From NCBI RefSeq assembly GCF_009914755.1, contig NC_060937.1: a stretch of DNA of 64,000 nucleotides. One strand, written 5' to 3'. The notes under the pieces are model-generated. The model saw only the letters and a program-made list of their open reading frames with translations. It was not told the origin of the DNA and ran no database searches. The translations under genes were made by a program, and so were the position numbers. Below, piece by piece: positions 28,311 to 40,210 of this stretch. Positions within the stretch are counted from its first letter, which is position 1. Every line of letters begins with the position of its first letter. Source of the DNA: the human T2T-CHM13v2.0 reference genome, Homo sapiens.

Positions 28311-29879
28311 AGAAATATTGTAGACACACACACATCAGCTTAGCACTAGGATGTAAGTTGCAGGACAGCATGTGTAGCGTCTATGGCAGTGCCTGCACAT
28401 GGCAGGTGCTCCATATTCCAGTCCCATTGGATGTATCTAGGCCATCTACCTCTGCCCCATCTACCTCTGCCATCCCTTTTTGGACAGCAGCCTTCTAGAT
28501 ACAAACCCAGCCTCCCTCCCCTCTTGCCATTCTTCAATGCAGTCTCTATAAAACAAGTCAGATGCTTTTTTGTTAGCAGAAATAAAGAAACAAAACACAC
28601 GAGTCACAGGTCACTTATCTCCTTAAAACTTCAGTAGTTTGCACTTCAAATAAAGTCTGTACTCCAAGCTTTGGAAGGCATGGTCTGGCCCCAGCCTATC
28701 CTACCAGACTTGAGTTAAGCACCAACCTGCCAATCCCACTCCATCCCAACCACCACCTCTGGCCCACATACACCCACTTTTCTCTTCTTTGAAGAGGATA
28801 AGCTCCTTTCATCTCAGGTCTTTGAACAGGACATTTTCTGCTTTTAGAACTTTCTCATCTTTTCAAATTCTCCATTTCTTTCTGCTCTTCCTTCCTGCTA
28901 ACTAGATAAGTCTAATTTATCCTTTAGGTCTTAGTTTGAATATTACTACTTTAGGGGAACCTTTTCTGAAGCTTCTCCAATACCTCCAAACAAAGTTAGC
29001 CTCCCAATTCCTCTTTGTAACATCCCACAATTATAATTAGTCATTTGTATAATTATTTGATAACATCTTCTTTAGAGATACGTGTTCTCCATAAGAGCAT
29101 CACTGGTCGGTCAGGCCAATTGCTGTTCCTCTAGTGCCTTGTAAAAAATGCTGTAATACTGTGGTGAGTAAATAAATATACCAATGTAATGTCCTAATGT
29201 CCTGGGGAAGAAAGGGTAAGTAAATGCATAGAGTGTAACAGAACTGTCACAAGTACATGAAATCAGGTACATAAATTGTGAAACATAAGTCAAGGGCCTA
29301 TTTGTTTTCTGACACTTGATAGTGAGAAATCTTTCAACAAGATGGAAAATAAAAACAAAAGAGAACTCTGAGCATCATCCTTTAGAGACCCCCACTGGTA
29401 CCCGCCAGGCTGTCTGTATCCCCTTCATCATGGCTGTGTCAGAGAATGCCACCATTAATATCTGAAGGGACTAAAGAAAGAAACTTTGCTGGTATAAGTA
29501 TGATTTTCATTTTAAAAACAAGCATGTGGGGTGGTTTATCAACAGACAGTCCTGAGTGTATTTGTAAGCTGAAGAGACAGTTTCAGGCAGGATTTCCAGA
29601 TTCTATTTTTTTATCTCTGACCACTTCTCTCATTTCAAATCTTGGAGCCCTGAAATAGTAGGAATGTAGTGGGACACAAGAGAGGGATCTGGAGACCTGG
29701 CTGCAGGGTAGGCTGAAACTTGAAGGAGCATCTGAGAGCTTCTTCCTAATTTCACAGCAGAGGTGCGTCTGGGCGTTACGGTCCCCAGGGCGTCAACAAC
29801 CATCCCTATGTTGTGGCCACCAAAGCCATACCTCCATCAGGCCTTCCTTCCTGCTTGCCAGGCCCATAAATCTCCCTGC

Positions 29880-30480
29880 TCAACACAGGTTTTCTTTCAA
29901 CAGGTTCCTCAAACTCAACATATCCAAAAGGAAATGAGCCATCTTACCCATCCTTCTCTTTCAGCCTTCCCCACCTTCTAAGCAAATGGCTCTATGGTTA
30001 ACCCCACTTGCAAGTCTAGAAGCCTAGGAGTCACTGTTGATTCTTCACTCTCCTTATGTTCCATGTGGTCTTAGTCATCCATTCCTGTGGTTTCTACAAT
30101 GAAATGTCTCATGAATCCCTTCAGGTTACTCCATCTGTACTGCTCAGGATAATCGCTGGCATTACTGCCATCACTGTCTCTTATCTGGGTAACTCCTGTC
30201 TGGTTGCCAACCTTTCCACACCCCCATCAGTCCTCTATAGGGGTTACAAACATGCTCTGTAAAAATATAATTCTGATCCTGCTACTCCCCTGCTTAACTT
30301 TCTTCAGTGACATCCTATAGCACCCTTTATCTATTAGTAGCATAACCACTTATCATGTTAATTTGTTTTTGTGTATTTACTCTTTTCTGTTTCTCCCGCC
30401 ACTCTAAAGCATGACAGTAAGGTCTATGTCCTGTATTCCCAGTATTTAGCATAACATCTGGCTCAATAAATCTCAGTTAA
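29880..30480 (+). mobile_element. L2 3' fragment
   Basis: CTCAAACTCAACATATCCAAAA...CCTAGGAGTCACTGTTGATTC...GGCTCAATAAAT. Confidence 0.7.
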
Positions 30481-30880
30481 AAGAGTGATGCTTGAGGAGA
30501 TGAAAGGATTTAACAAATCCCTCTTCATATCTGGGCATATTAAAGAGGATAAAGGTGTTCCTGTGAGGATTAAACAACCCAAGAAGGAAATTAGAAAAAA
30601 GTACTCTGAGGAAGCAGAGAAGAATGAAAATAAGTGGAAACACCAGTGAATGGGAGAGGGTAGTGAAGGGGACGGAGAAGGACTTGCAACCTATCTTGGC
30701 GTTCCATGAGATAGAAAGCTAAGTTCTTCTCAGAATGGCAGGAAACAGAAGCAGTGACAGTGAACCCAGAGCTTCTGAAAAAGAAACAGCAAGGTATGAG
30801 CCAAGGAACACTTAAGGGTGCTGATAGACCCTTACAAGTGTGAAGAAGTCTTTTGTTGGCTCCAAATTAGTCACTGATAA

Positions 30881-31219
<339 letters not shown>

Positions 31220-31848
31220 AAGTATGATGTCTTTTTGGAACATGTGTTTAAAATAGCACAAATGGCATGCTAAGAAGCTTGGAGTAAAAGATGTGCATCA
31301 CCCCAGAGTCAATAATGGCTAAAGAAATATTGTTGACAATAGGAAAGGAGATTTCAAAAAGTTTATAGAAAAGCAAGGTATTATCTCACGGCCAGAGAAT
31401 ATCCAGAAAGCACTATTAGTTCCCATGCAGGCCTGGGCAAGAAACTTAAAACCTGGGTACTCAGCTCCTGCTTTTCAGCTCTCCTTCCAGTTGATGATTA
31501 TAACTTTGGAAAAGAAATTAAGTTATACAGGAAGAGAGCAGCTGGTCACACAAGAGGTGCCAAAGCTTGGGATTTGATATTCTAGATTTCAACTTGTGAC
31601 ACCAGAGGTGGGGCCTTCTGAAAAGGGACAACGTGTGCCACAGAAAACTGAGAAGAAGGTTTCAGGCAACACCTGACCCAAATTTTGAAATTTGAGATTA
31701 GGGAGTGACACTGTTCAGCACAAACATAAACAAAATTGTGAACTAGATCATGCAGAGGATATCATATGAGGCATAGAAGGATGGATGGTAGTGGAGAAGG
31801 ATCTCCACAGTGAATATTCTAGCGTCTCACGAGAGGCTCACAGGTTTG

Positions 31849-32003
31849 TTTTTTAATTAATTTTTAAATTTTACTTTAAGTTCTGGGATACAGAATGTAC
31901 AGGTTTGTTACATAGGTATACATGTGCGATGGTGGTTTGCTGTACCTATCAACCCATCATCTAGGTTTTAAGCCCCGCATGCATTAGGTATTTGTCCTAA
32001 TGC
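31849..32003 (-). mobile_element. 5'-truncated L1PA 3' end
   Basis: TTTTACTTTAAGTTCTGGGATAC...GGTTTGTTACATAGGTATACATGTG...CATTAGGTATTTGTCCTAATGC. Confidence 0.88.
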
Positions 32004-33079
32004 AGGCATTTTTTAAAGGCTAAATTAAGTTAGGAATTGTACGTAGTAGATCCCACTCTTTGAGAACTACTTATTGCACATTAGCATAGTAAAGGCCTTG
32101 GGAAAACCTACAAAGAAAGCAATTTATCTACGTTTAACCCAGAGTTTGCCACCATTGTTAGGCCACCTAAGTATAATACTTATGTGACCTCCACTCTACC
32201 TTACAACAGTGGAACACGAATGTTCCAACAGATTGGTTTAAAAAACCTAGATCTACACCAATGCACAAAGTATTGACAACAAACACAAATCAAAGGCAAC
32301 AAAAAAACTTCACAAAACCAAAACAAAGTATGGGGAATAAAACAAACAAGAAACAATAATGGAGGTAAGTATCATCTCACAGAACAGCCAGGACTTTGGA
32401 GTATGGGATTTAGGATTGGGGTATAACTGTGTAATGGTATATTTGGGATAAAAGGAACAAATTCAATGTAATGATCTCAAGTAGCACTTCCTGTGAAGAA
32501 GGTAAACAGAGAAGTTCATAAAGGTGGGAGCAGAATCACGGTGAGAGGAACATTTGGTGATGATGAAAGGGGAGGGAAGTGGAAGAGGCGTCACTGTGGA
32601 AGTGCACGACAGCACATCTGAAAGGTGTGCTACCACAGTAATGAGGGATTTGATTTCCTGGGAAATCCTTTTGATAAAATCAGAGGATATAAAAATCTTA
32701 CGCCTTGCTTTACTGATAATTTTAATCTCTCAATAAATTGAAGAAGCAGTGAGGAAAGGGATTTAGTGTCAGTTTAATTTCAACAAATATGGGAAGAGTG
32801 GTTGGTCATTTAGAAATATCAGAAACTTTGGGAGAAAGCCAAGTACTCATAAAATCCAGCCTCTCCATAATCCTGTCAGAAATGTTTTAAAGAGGATTTC
32901 TTGGAAGGAAGGTTACACTAAATAATCTTTAAGTCCCTTCTGAAACATTAAAGGCTGCCTCTAACATTCTGCATTCACAGTTGAAGAACTCCAGAGGTGG
33001 CCAGCATGACACCTGAGCAAGCAGTGGCATCCGTGGCTCTATGGCTACGTGGAAAAGAAACATAGTGCTGCACACCAGG

Positions 33080-34260
33080 TACAGTAAAAAGGGCATCAGA
33101 TATGTCATGTAAACATACCATAGAACCATAAGAACTGAAACAATGTGGTCTTGGAATAAAAATAGATAAATCAGTAGTAAAGAATAGATATTTCAGAAAT
33201 AGACAAAAATATGCATAAGAATTTAATTTCCAATAAAAGGCAGAATTAAGTCACTGGGGGCATGGAAAATAGGGAATATAACAACTTCCAGAGTGGGCAA
33301 ACCTTTCTGCATTTAGAAATGGAATAAAGAACTCATAAATGAAAAATTAAATATAAAAACCATAAAAAAGAACCAACATTAAGAGGCAAAACATGGAGTA
33401 GATAAATATTTTTAGGAAATATGAAGTCCAAGGATTAAAATGTTTAACAAATGCCCAAATATAAACCAAAAAAAAAAAAAAAAATTACCAGGAACCCTAT
33501 TTGATAAATGGATACAGTGTGAGAATAATTATTTACAAAAGAGAAAATGTGAATAGAAAATGAAGGAGAATAAGGAAATAAACAAGGGTAGTTATAGAAT
33601 AATTTAAGATAAAATAATAGGATGCCATTTTTGCATATCAAATTAGTAAATATTAAGTCCATATGTATAGTTTGGGAATTAATTGACCAGTACTTAACAA
33701 GAAACTTGAAAATGCTCATTTCTTTTGATGTACTAGTTCCACATGTAGGAGTCTATCCAATGGAAATAATTCTAACAGCTAAAAAGCCCCATGCATAAAA
33801 ATGTCCACTGCAATGTTTTAAAGCAAAATATTATTTGCTTTAAAAAAAGCAGAAAGGAGAAAGAAAGAAATAAGAACAAAGGAGTAAGAAGAATATTTAA
33901 TGTATGCTTACCATATGGAGGTTATATAAATTATCCCATTTAAATCTCACAGCAGTTCCATGAAGTAGATATGATCACCATTTTATAGAAAAGGTAAGAT
34001 GTTTTTGCATGCTCAGGGAGACTAAGTTCTTTAAAGAAACTTGGCTAGTAACAGTGAAAAAATGGAAACAGCCTAAATGTAAATAGTAGAATGGTTAAGT
34101 AATCTAGAGATTTGATGAATTATTTTTAAATTTTTAATATAAAAGAATACAATGGAAAAATAGTTTAGGATAAGATGTTAAAAATGCATAATAGAAAATG
34201 TTATATTCAGTATGATTGAAATACACAGAAAAAAGACTGGAATAAAATAAATAAGCACTA
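33080..34260 (+). mobile_element. Decayed L1ME-like 3' region, interrupted by a MIR-like segment at about 33880-34050
   Basis: A-rich ORF2 C-terminal remnants and GGAAACAGCCTAAATGT. Confidence 0.6.
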
Positions 34261-35004
34261 ACCAAACACAACAGAACCTGACCCTGAGATTGTATCAAGG
34301 AATGTAGTCGGCTGGTGGCCCTGAGAACAAAGCAAAGTGCAGTTAAATTATCAGGCCGTGTAAATGATGAAGGGAAGCCCAGAAAGACCCTGAAAGGCTC
34401 AAAAACAGTTTAAGCAATTTGGCTAACACAGGAGATAGAAAAAGTAATTTGGGGCAGATACGGTAAATCTTCTATAACGCGTAGGGCTGTAATTCTTTTC
34501 ATGGCAAGTTGCTGGGAAAATCATAAATTGGTCATGGTTAAAACGTCAGAAGACTCAAAATTACAAGAAAAAATAATGAATTATGAAGGTTTTGGCTTAC
34601 TCTAGAAGTCGTACTACATTTTCTGAGAGAAGTAGGAGGTGAGACGAGAGTAAGTAACTTCTGCTCTCTGAATATTTCAATTAGGCAGCTGGGGAAATGT
34701 GGGTGGAAAAATAGAAATCTTTACTTTCAAGTTATTAGAAGAAAGTATCTGTCTATGTAAGCTTTAGGGAAAAGGGGCCTGGGATAAACACATGTTCAAG
34801 CCATAGAAAATGTCATTTATGTACACCTACCTCCCTAGAGCAGACTAATCTTCAATTGTATGAATTTGATAGCATTTTGAAGAACTTAATAAATATCCTA
34901 AATATAATGTTTTAAAACTCAGCCTTTGTATTTCCTTTGTCTCCTACTTTCCCTGGTCTCTTATCCATTTTCATATTCTTTCTTATTATATTAAAAAAGA
35001 AACC

Positions 35005-35049
35005 ATATATATTATATATATGTGTATACACATATACACATACACACAT

Positions 35050-35081
<32 letters not shown>
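35005..35081. repeat. (TA)n-(CA)n microsatellite
   Basis: Near-pure CA run at about 35052-35080. Confidence 0.9.
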
Positions 35082-35083
<2 letters not shown>

Positions 35084-36343
35084 TACTACAGTTAATTTGG
35101 AATTTTTCATTTATGGCCACTATTGACCAAAAAGAAACACAACAAAAAACAAATGCTTGGTCAACTCAGCATGAAGTGCACAGGTATGTGGGAGTAGAAC
35201 TTAGCACATTCCAAATGCGATTGGTTTCTATTTAATGAACACCATCTACCCTCACCTACTTTGATGGCCAAAAAGTGAATTTTTCTTCTGCCACTGTAAC
35301 AATGACTACTGCATAATACCTGGTTGTCACCTCTCCACTATAAATTCTGAGAGGGCAGACCATACTTGTCTTGTTTACTGCGGGAGCCCCTGCACCAGAC
35401 AGCGGCTCAATGAGTATTTGTTGAATGAATGAATGAGTGAGTGAATATACAAATCCTACTCATCTCTCCAGACTTAGCTCAAGCCCCACCTTCCTGATAA
35501 CATCTTTCCTCAAAGCCCCAGTGACCGATCTGATTATTATATTACCAGTGTGCACCACTACTTAACACACCTGACTCTACACATCATTTTTATCATTGTT
35601 TTTCAGGTGTTGGTGTTTTGTTTTGTTTTTTTCAATTTAGAGAGAAAGGCTCTTCAAAGACACTTATATACATATATATTTATTCTATTTCTCAAAGCAC
35701 TTTTTACAGGACACATGTAAAATCCTCAGCAAACACCTGTTAAATTCAATGGTTAAATCTTTTAGATGACTTTTGACTTTGTGGTATTTCTAAACATTTT
35801 CTCTGCTGAATGCATGCATTGTATTAGGATTTCACCACGTGGTGGACAGAAAACAGGGAATTTAGTGTCAGCTGAGCTGAGTTTATAGCTCTGCCATTTC
35901 AATGCTGGAAAAGTCACCGAAACTCTGCTCTTCTGTTTCTCTATTTGTAAAATGGAAACATTAACAAGAGCAATAACAAAAAGAAATATCTACCTATCAT
36001 AAAGGGAAGACAGTGCAATCAAATGGGATAATGTAGGTGAATGAGTTTTGCAAATTGGAAAGCAAATATTAGCCATTCTATTTACCAATTTTAAAAAACG
36101 CAATTGATGTTGCAAGACTGTGTATAGCAATAACAGTTAGTGTGGCTTTTTCTGAGAACAAGGCTATTAGGCAGAAGAGAAAGGTGATGAGGAAAAGAAT
36201 CTCAAGTACAACTTGCCAAACATGCCCCAGTCATAAATAAAAGACTGTGTCCAACACTCGCGGTACAGAGAGATTACCAGGCACCTGTCACCTACACCCT
36301 TCGGCACTGCTGCAAGCATCTCTGAAACCAGGAGAAAGCTTAC

Positions 36344-36481
36344 CAGACACGAGCTGCTGTCCAGGCAACCCTACGGGAACCATGCCCAGGTTATTCATGG
36401 CTGTAGCCCAGGCTGTGGGATCTGTCACGGACATGTTGAGCTGGGTCGTGTCTATCGCTATACTCCCCAAACCATCGGCTG
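36344..36481 (-). CDS. ENOX1: ENOX1 second coding exon (138 nt, phase 1-1)
   Basis: Acceptor tttttccccacag|CAGCCGAT, donor TCTG|gtaagc. Encodes ADGLGSIAIDTTQLNMSVTDPTAWATAMNNLGMVPVGLPGQQLVS. Confidence 0.96.
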
Positions 36482-37272
36482 CTGTGGGGAAAAACAAACC
36501 ATGATTTAGAGTCCATAGGCAAGGGTGTTTGTTTTAAAGAAAATCACATTTCTAGATATGTGAGGCTTCATTTAGCACATTCCCAAACTACAAAAAAAAA
36601 ATAAAGAACTATAATCTGCAGCAATGTTTTCTCTAGACATAAACACAAAGTGTTTCCAAATACTTTCTGGGAGAAAACTTAATGACATGTAGTTTATATT
36701 ATACACAGCATGCTATTAAGGAGGTACCCCTGGAAAAAAATCGAAGAATTGTTTCCTTCTCCCAGTGAAACAACGTTAGTTAAGTCACAAGGCTGAGAGG
36801 CAAAGCAGTAATACTCTCTTGGTAAAACAAGTTAATTGGCTTACTGTTTCTAGGTGTAATTCTTGAGCAGGCAGGCCTTCTATCTAATAAGAAAATAGTT
36901 GTCAAGCAGTAGAACTGGTCCTGACTGAATTTATTAAGTGTTACCTCGTAATCTATTCCTTCCTTTACAAACTTTTACATTATTACACTAAGAAAATACA
37001 GGTGTCTACCTAACGTGACTTTTCTGAAGGATTTCTAAATAAATAAATCAAATTTAAAAACAAGTAGCACAAAGCTTAAGAAAACACAAAACAAAACAGA
37101 AGAATGTGTCAAATTTGACTTAGTGCTCTTTCATTTTCACTAGTTCTACAGACTGATTTCTTTATGGGCCCAGGCTCCTGGTTCAATGCATATTTTTCAA
37201 GGTGGGGCAAGCTTTTCCACTAAGAACTCAAAAAATCCTTGTTTGTGTCCTGTGCTGGCCACTGGCATTTAC

Positions 37273-37342
37273 CTGCAGCCATCATCTGAGGAAGCTCCTG
37301 GGGAAGCTGGGTGATGTTCTCAACTCCACCTGCATCTACCAT
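37273..37342 (-). CDS. ENOX1: ENOX1 first coding segment (start codon at 37342)
   Basis: ATG GTA GAT GCA... = MVDAGGVENITQLPQELPQMMAA. Donor GCAG|gtaaat, in phase with the next exon. Confidence 0.95.
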
Positions 37343-37416
37343 TGAATTATGAGTGTCCAGAGGGGCAGGAACACTTTGATGGCTGAGTGCAGGGTCCCCT
37401 CGGAGGTCATCAGATT
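37343..37416 (-). other. ENOX1: 5'UTR part (74 nt) of the 144-nt ENOX1 start exon
   Basis: Acceptor ctgtcccgttttgcag|AATCTG, with AG at 37418-37417. Confidence 0.85.
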
Positions 37417-38110
37417 CTGCAAAACGGGACAGAAGTGTGGTGAGAAACCTTAATAGTTAACTGAGATAAAACGTCAAGGAACAAACTGTTATCTATTCAA
37501 AATCAAAAACAAAGACCGATTTCCAGTCTCAGGCACAGAAGAAATGCTGCTTCCCATCGCTCAGCGGCTGTCTTGTGGCTCAGTTAAAACCTTAGAGCCC
37601 TGTGAGATGTGTGGGTCAACCCATCGACTCACCAGGAGCCTGGGCTGGCTGAATAAACAGCCCCATTTGTGAGTACCTCAAAGGCCTTGCTTCCTACTGA
37701 AGCACCTTCACAAATGGGGGCTTATCAGTCCCTGCACAGCCTTTTCCACACACACTACACATCAATGGAGAGGGCAGAGTCAGGGCTAAAGAAGATTTTT
37801 TTAAGTTAAAAAATTAATTGATGCTGTTACTTTGGAAGATGGTCGTCTGTGGAATGTATTCAGAGAGGGAAAAAAGTTGGGAGGAGGAAGGAAAAAGCAA
37901 GAACCCATTCACCATGCAGCTGGAAAAGGAGGGTACCTAAATTACAATAGTCAGGAAAGGCAGAAGAGAAGAATGGCATGCTGTCCATAAAGGAAGATCT
38001 AGAGGGTGTTAGGGAGGCAAAGGAAGAGCATTTGGTTTTTTCAGCTCATTGGAAAGATAATTTAACTGGCCACAACTTTTTGGTTTGAATTTTCCTTAGA
38101 ATTGCCCAGC

Positions 38111-38169
38111 TTATATATATATATATATTTATATATTTATATATATTTATATATATATATTTATATATA
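38111..38169. repeat. (TA)n/(TTTATA) AT-only tract
   Basis: TTATATATATATATATATTTATATATTTAT... Confidence 0.9.
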
Positions 38170-40210
38170 GTCTTTTAATGCACTTATCTAATAAATATAA
38201 CAATTAAACATTAAAGTTACAAAGTTCTTCTCAATCTCACACTATTTATAAAATGCTATGCCTTCTCTCCACCCTTAGAAATGCAAAAACAGAGCTTTCA
38301 CATGTATTTTAAGTGCACTTTCACCATTTCAAAACTCAGATGAGTGGCATGACAAGTTTGATCTTAAGTAGATTAGATATAACAACTAAGTCTAAATATT
38401 TATTTTTATTTTAGTATAAATTTAGAAGTTTTTCTAAACCATGTTCCTGTTAATGATGATTTTAGAATTAGATCTTATGGTTTGACAGTGTATCTAATGT
38501 GAAGTTCGAACCTTTTATGGCATGTCTTTTTGTTTCTTTCATTCTTAGGTATAAGAATCAGTAATTCCTTGAGCACTGCACTGTCAAAAAGAACTTCTGA
38601 TCAGTTGAGCAGAAGTTTAATTCAAATGGAAGCTAAGGGTTCAATTCTCAACAACAGGTGAATAATGAGCAAATAGTTTTTATGGTCTCAACAAATCCCT
38701 AGCCCTCAACTAGAGGGGTATGTAAGATAGTGTGGAATTTTTTTCCAATTGTCTGTCAGGAAGATGAATCATCATCATCATCCAACAGTGAATGATTCTA
38801 ACTTTGGAAGCAAATTGTACTGAGAATAAATATTTTATTCCTTCCCACTATACTATCCAAATGAACTCAGAACCTGCATGTGTATTGTGCATCAATTATC
38901 TTTGGCTATGGGTGCCATCAGACAAAGAGATTCTCACCATAGAAAATAAATTCAACAGCATAAGAAATGCATAGCTAACCTAAATGTCTGGTCTATTCAC
39001 CAACGATCTTTCTACGATGAAATCTCAAAGCACTTCTCTCTCCACTTCCAACCATTTCAGAGTAGCAAGGCAGAGTCAGGCTAGAATGTGTTCATTCTTT
39101 TGTTCAAATGGCCCTGTAGCAGAGCTGTTTCAGATCTTTGCAACGTCACTATTTGTCTTACTTATCTCCCCAAATGAAGTTTAGTGGCTAGCCTCCTTCT
39201 ACCTCAGATTCTTCCCAAATGGGCATTAATCACACATTTTTTTCTCGAGTCTGCAGTTCTGGAACACTATATCAGAGAACATCCCTCTACTTTGTAGGCT
39301 CATGACTTGTGCCTGACCCACCACATTTCACCTTGACTTTTTGCTACACTGTTTTAGGGATGGCTTTAGTTTTCCTTGGCTCTGTAACAGTCTGCTCCAA
39401 TGGCAGTTTTCACTTTAGTGGTTACAGTCGTATAAAGGGGCATCAAGTGTCCTGGAGACCCATCGTTTCTACCTAACACTTTCATGGCCATCTTAACAGA
39501 CTGCAAGTGTTTCATTGAAAACAGTAAGCAACTGCTACTGTTCCACTGAAAAAAAGCATTGTTCTGTTGGCAAGATGTGGTGTATAAACCTAGATTTATC
39601 CCCCAATGAAACTCTTGTGACATTCAATGTATTACATCTCTTCAGTCTCCCAATCCAATGTTTTTTTTTTTTTTTTTTTTTTTTTTTTAGTATTTATTGA
39701 TCATTCTTGGGTGTTTCTCAGAGAGGGGGATGTGGCAGGGTCACAGGATAATAGTGGAGAGAAGGTCAGCAGATAAACACATGAACAAAGGTCTCTGGTT
39801 TTCCTAGGCAGAGGTCCCTGCGGCCTTCCGCAGTGTTTGTGTCCCTGGGTACTTGAGATTAGGGAGTGGTGATGACTCTTAACGAACATGCTGCCTTCAA
39901 GCATCTGTTTAACAAAGCACATCTTGCACCACCCTTAATCCATTTAACCCTGAGTTGACACAGCACATGTTTCAGAGAGCACAGGGTTGGGGGTAAGGTT
40001 ATAGATTAACAGCATCCCAAGGCAGAAGAATTTTTCTTAGTTCAGAACAAAATGGAGCCTCCTATGTCTAATTCTTTCTACACAGACATAGTAACAATCT
40101 GATCTCTCTTTCTTTTCCTCACATTTCCCCCTTTTCTTTTTGACAAAACCGCCATTGTCATCATGGCCCATTCTCGATGGTCGCTATCTCTTCAGAGCTG
40201 TTGGGTACAC

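Noticed and set aside
36288-36497. 69-aa ORF as a standalone gene
   Set aside because: Only 36344-36481 is exonic. The ends (MFFPT and GKLSPG...) are intron read-through past clear splice sites.
36247-36504. 85-aa + strand ORF
   Set aside because: Antisense shadow of the ENOX1 coding exon.
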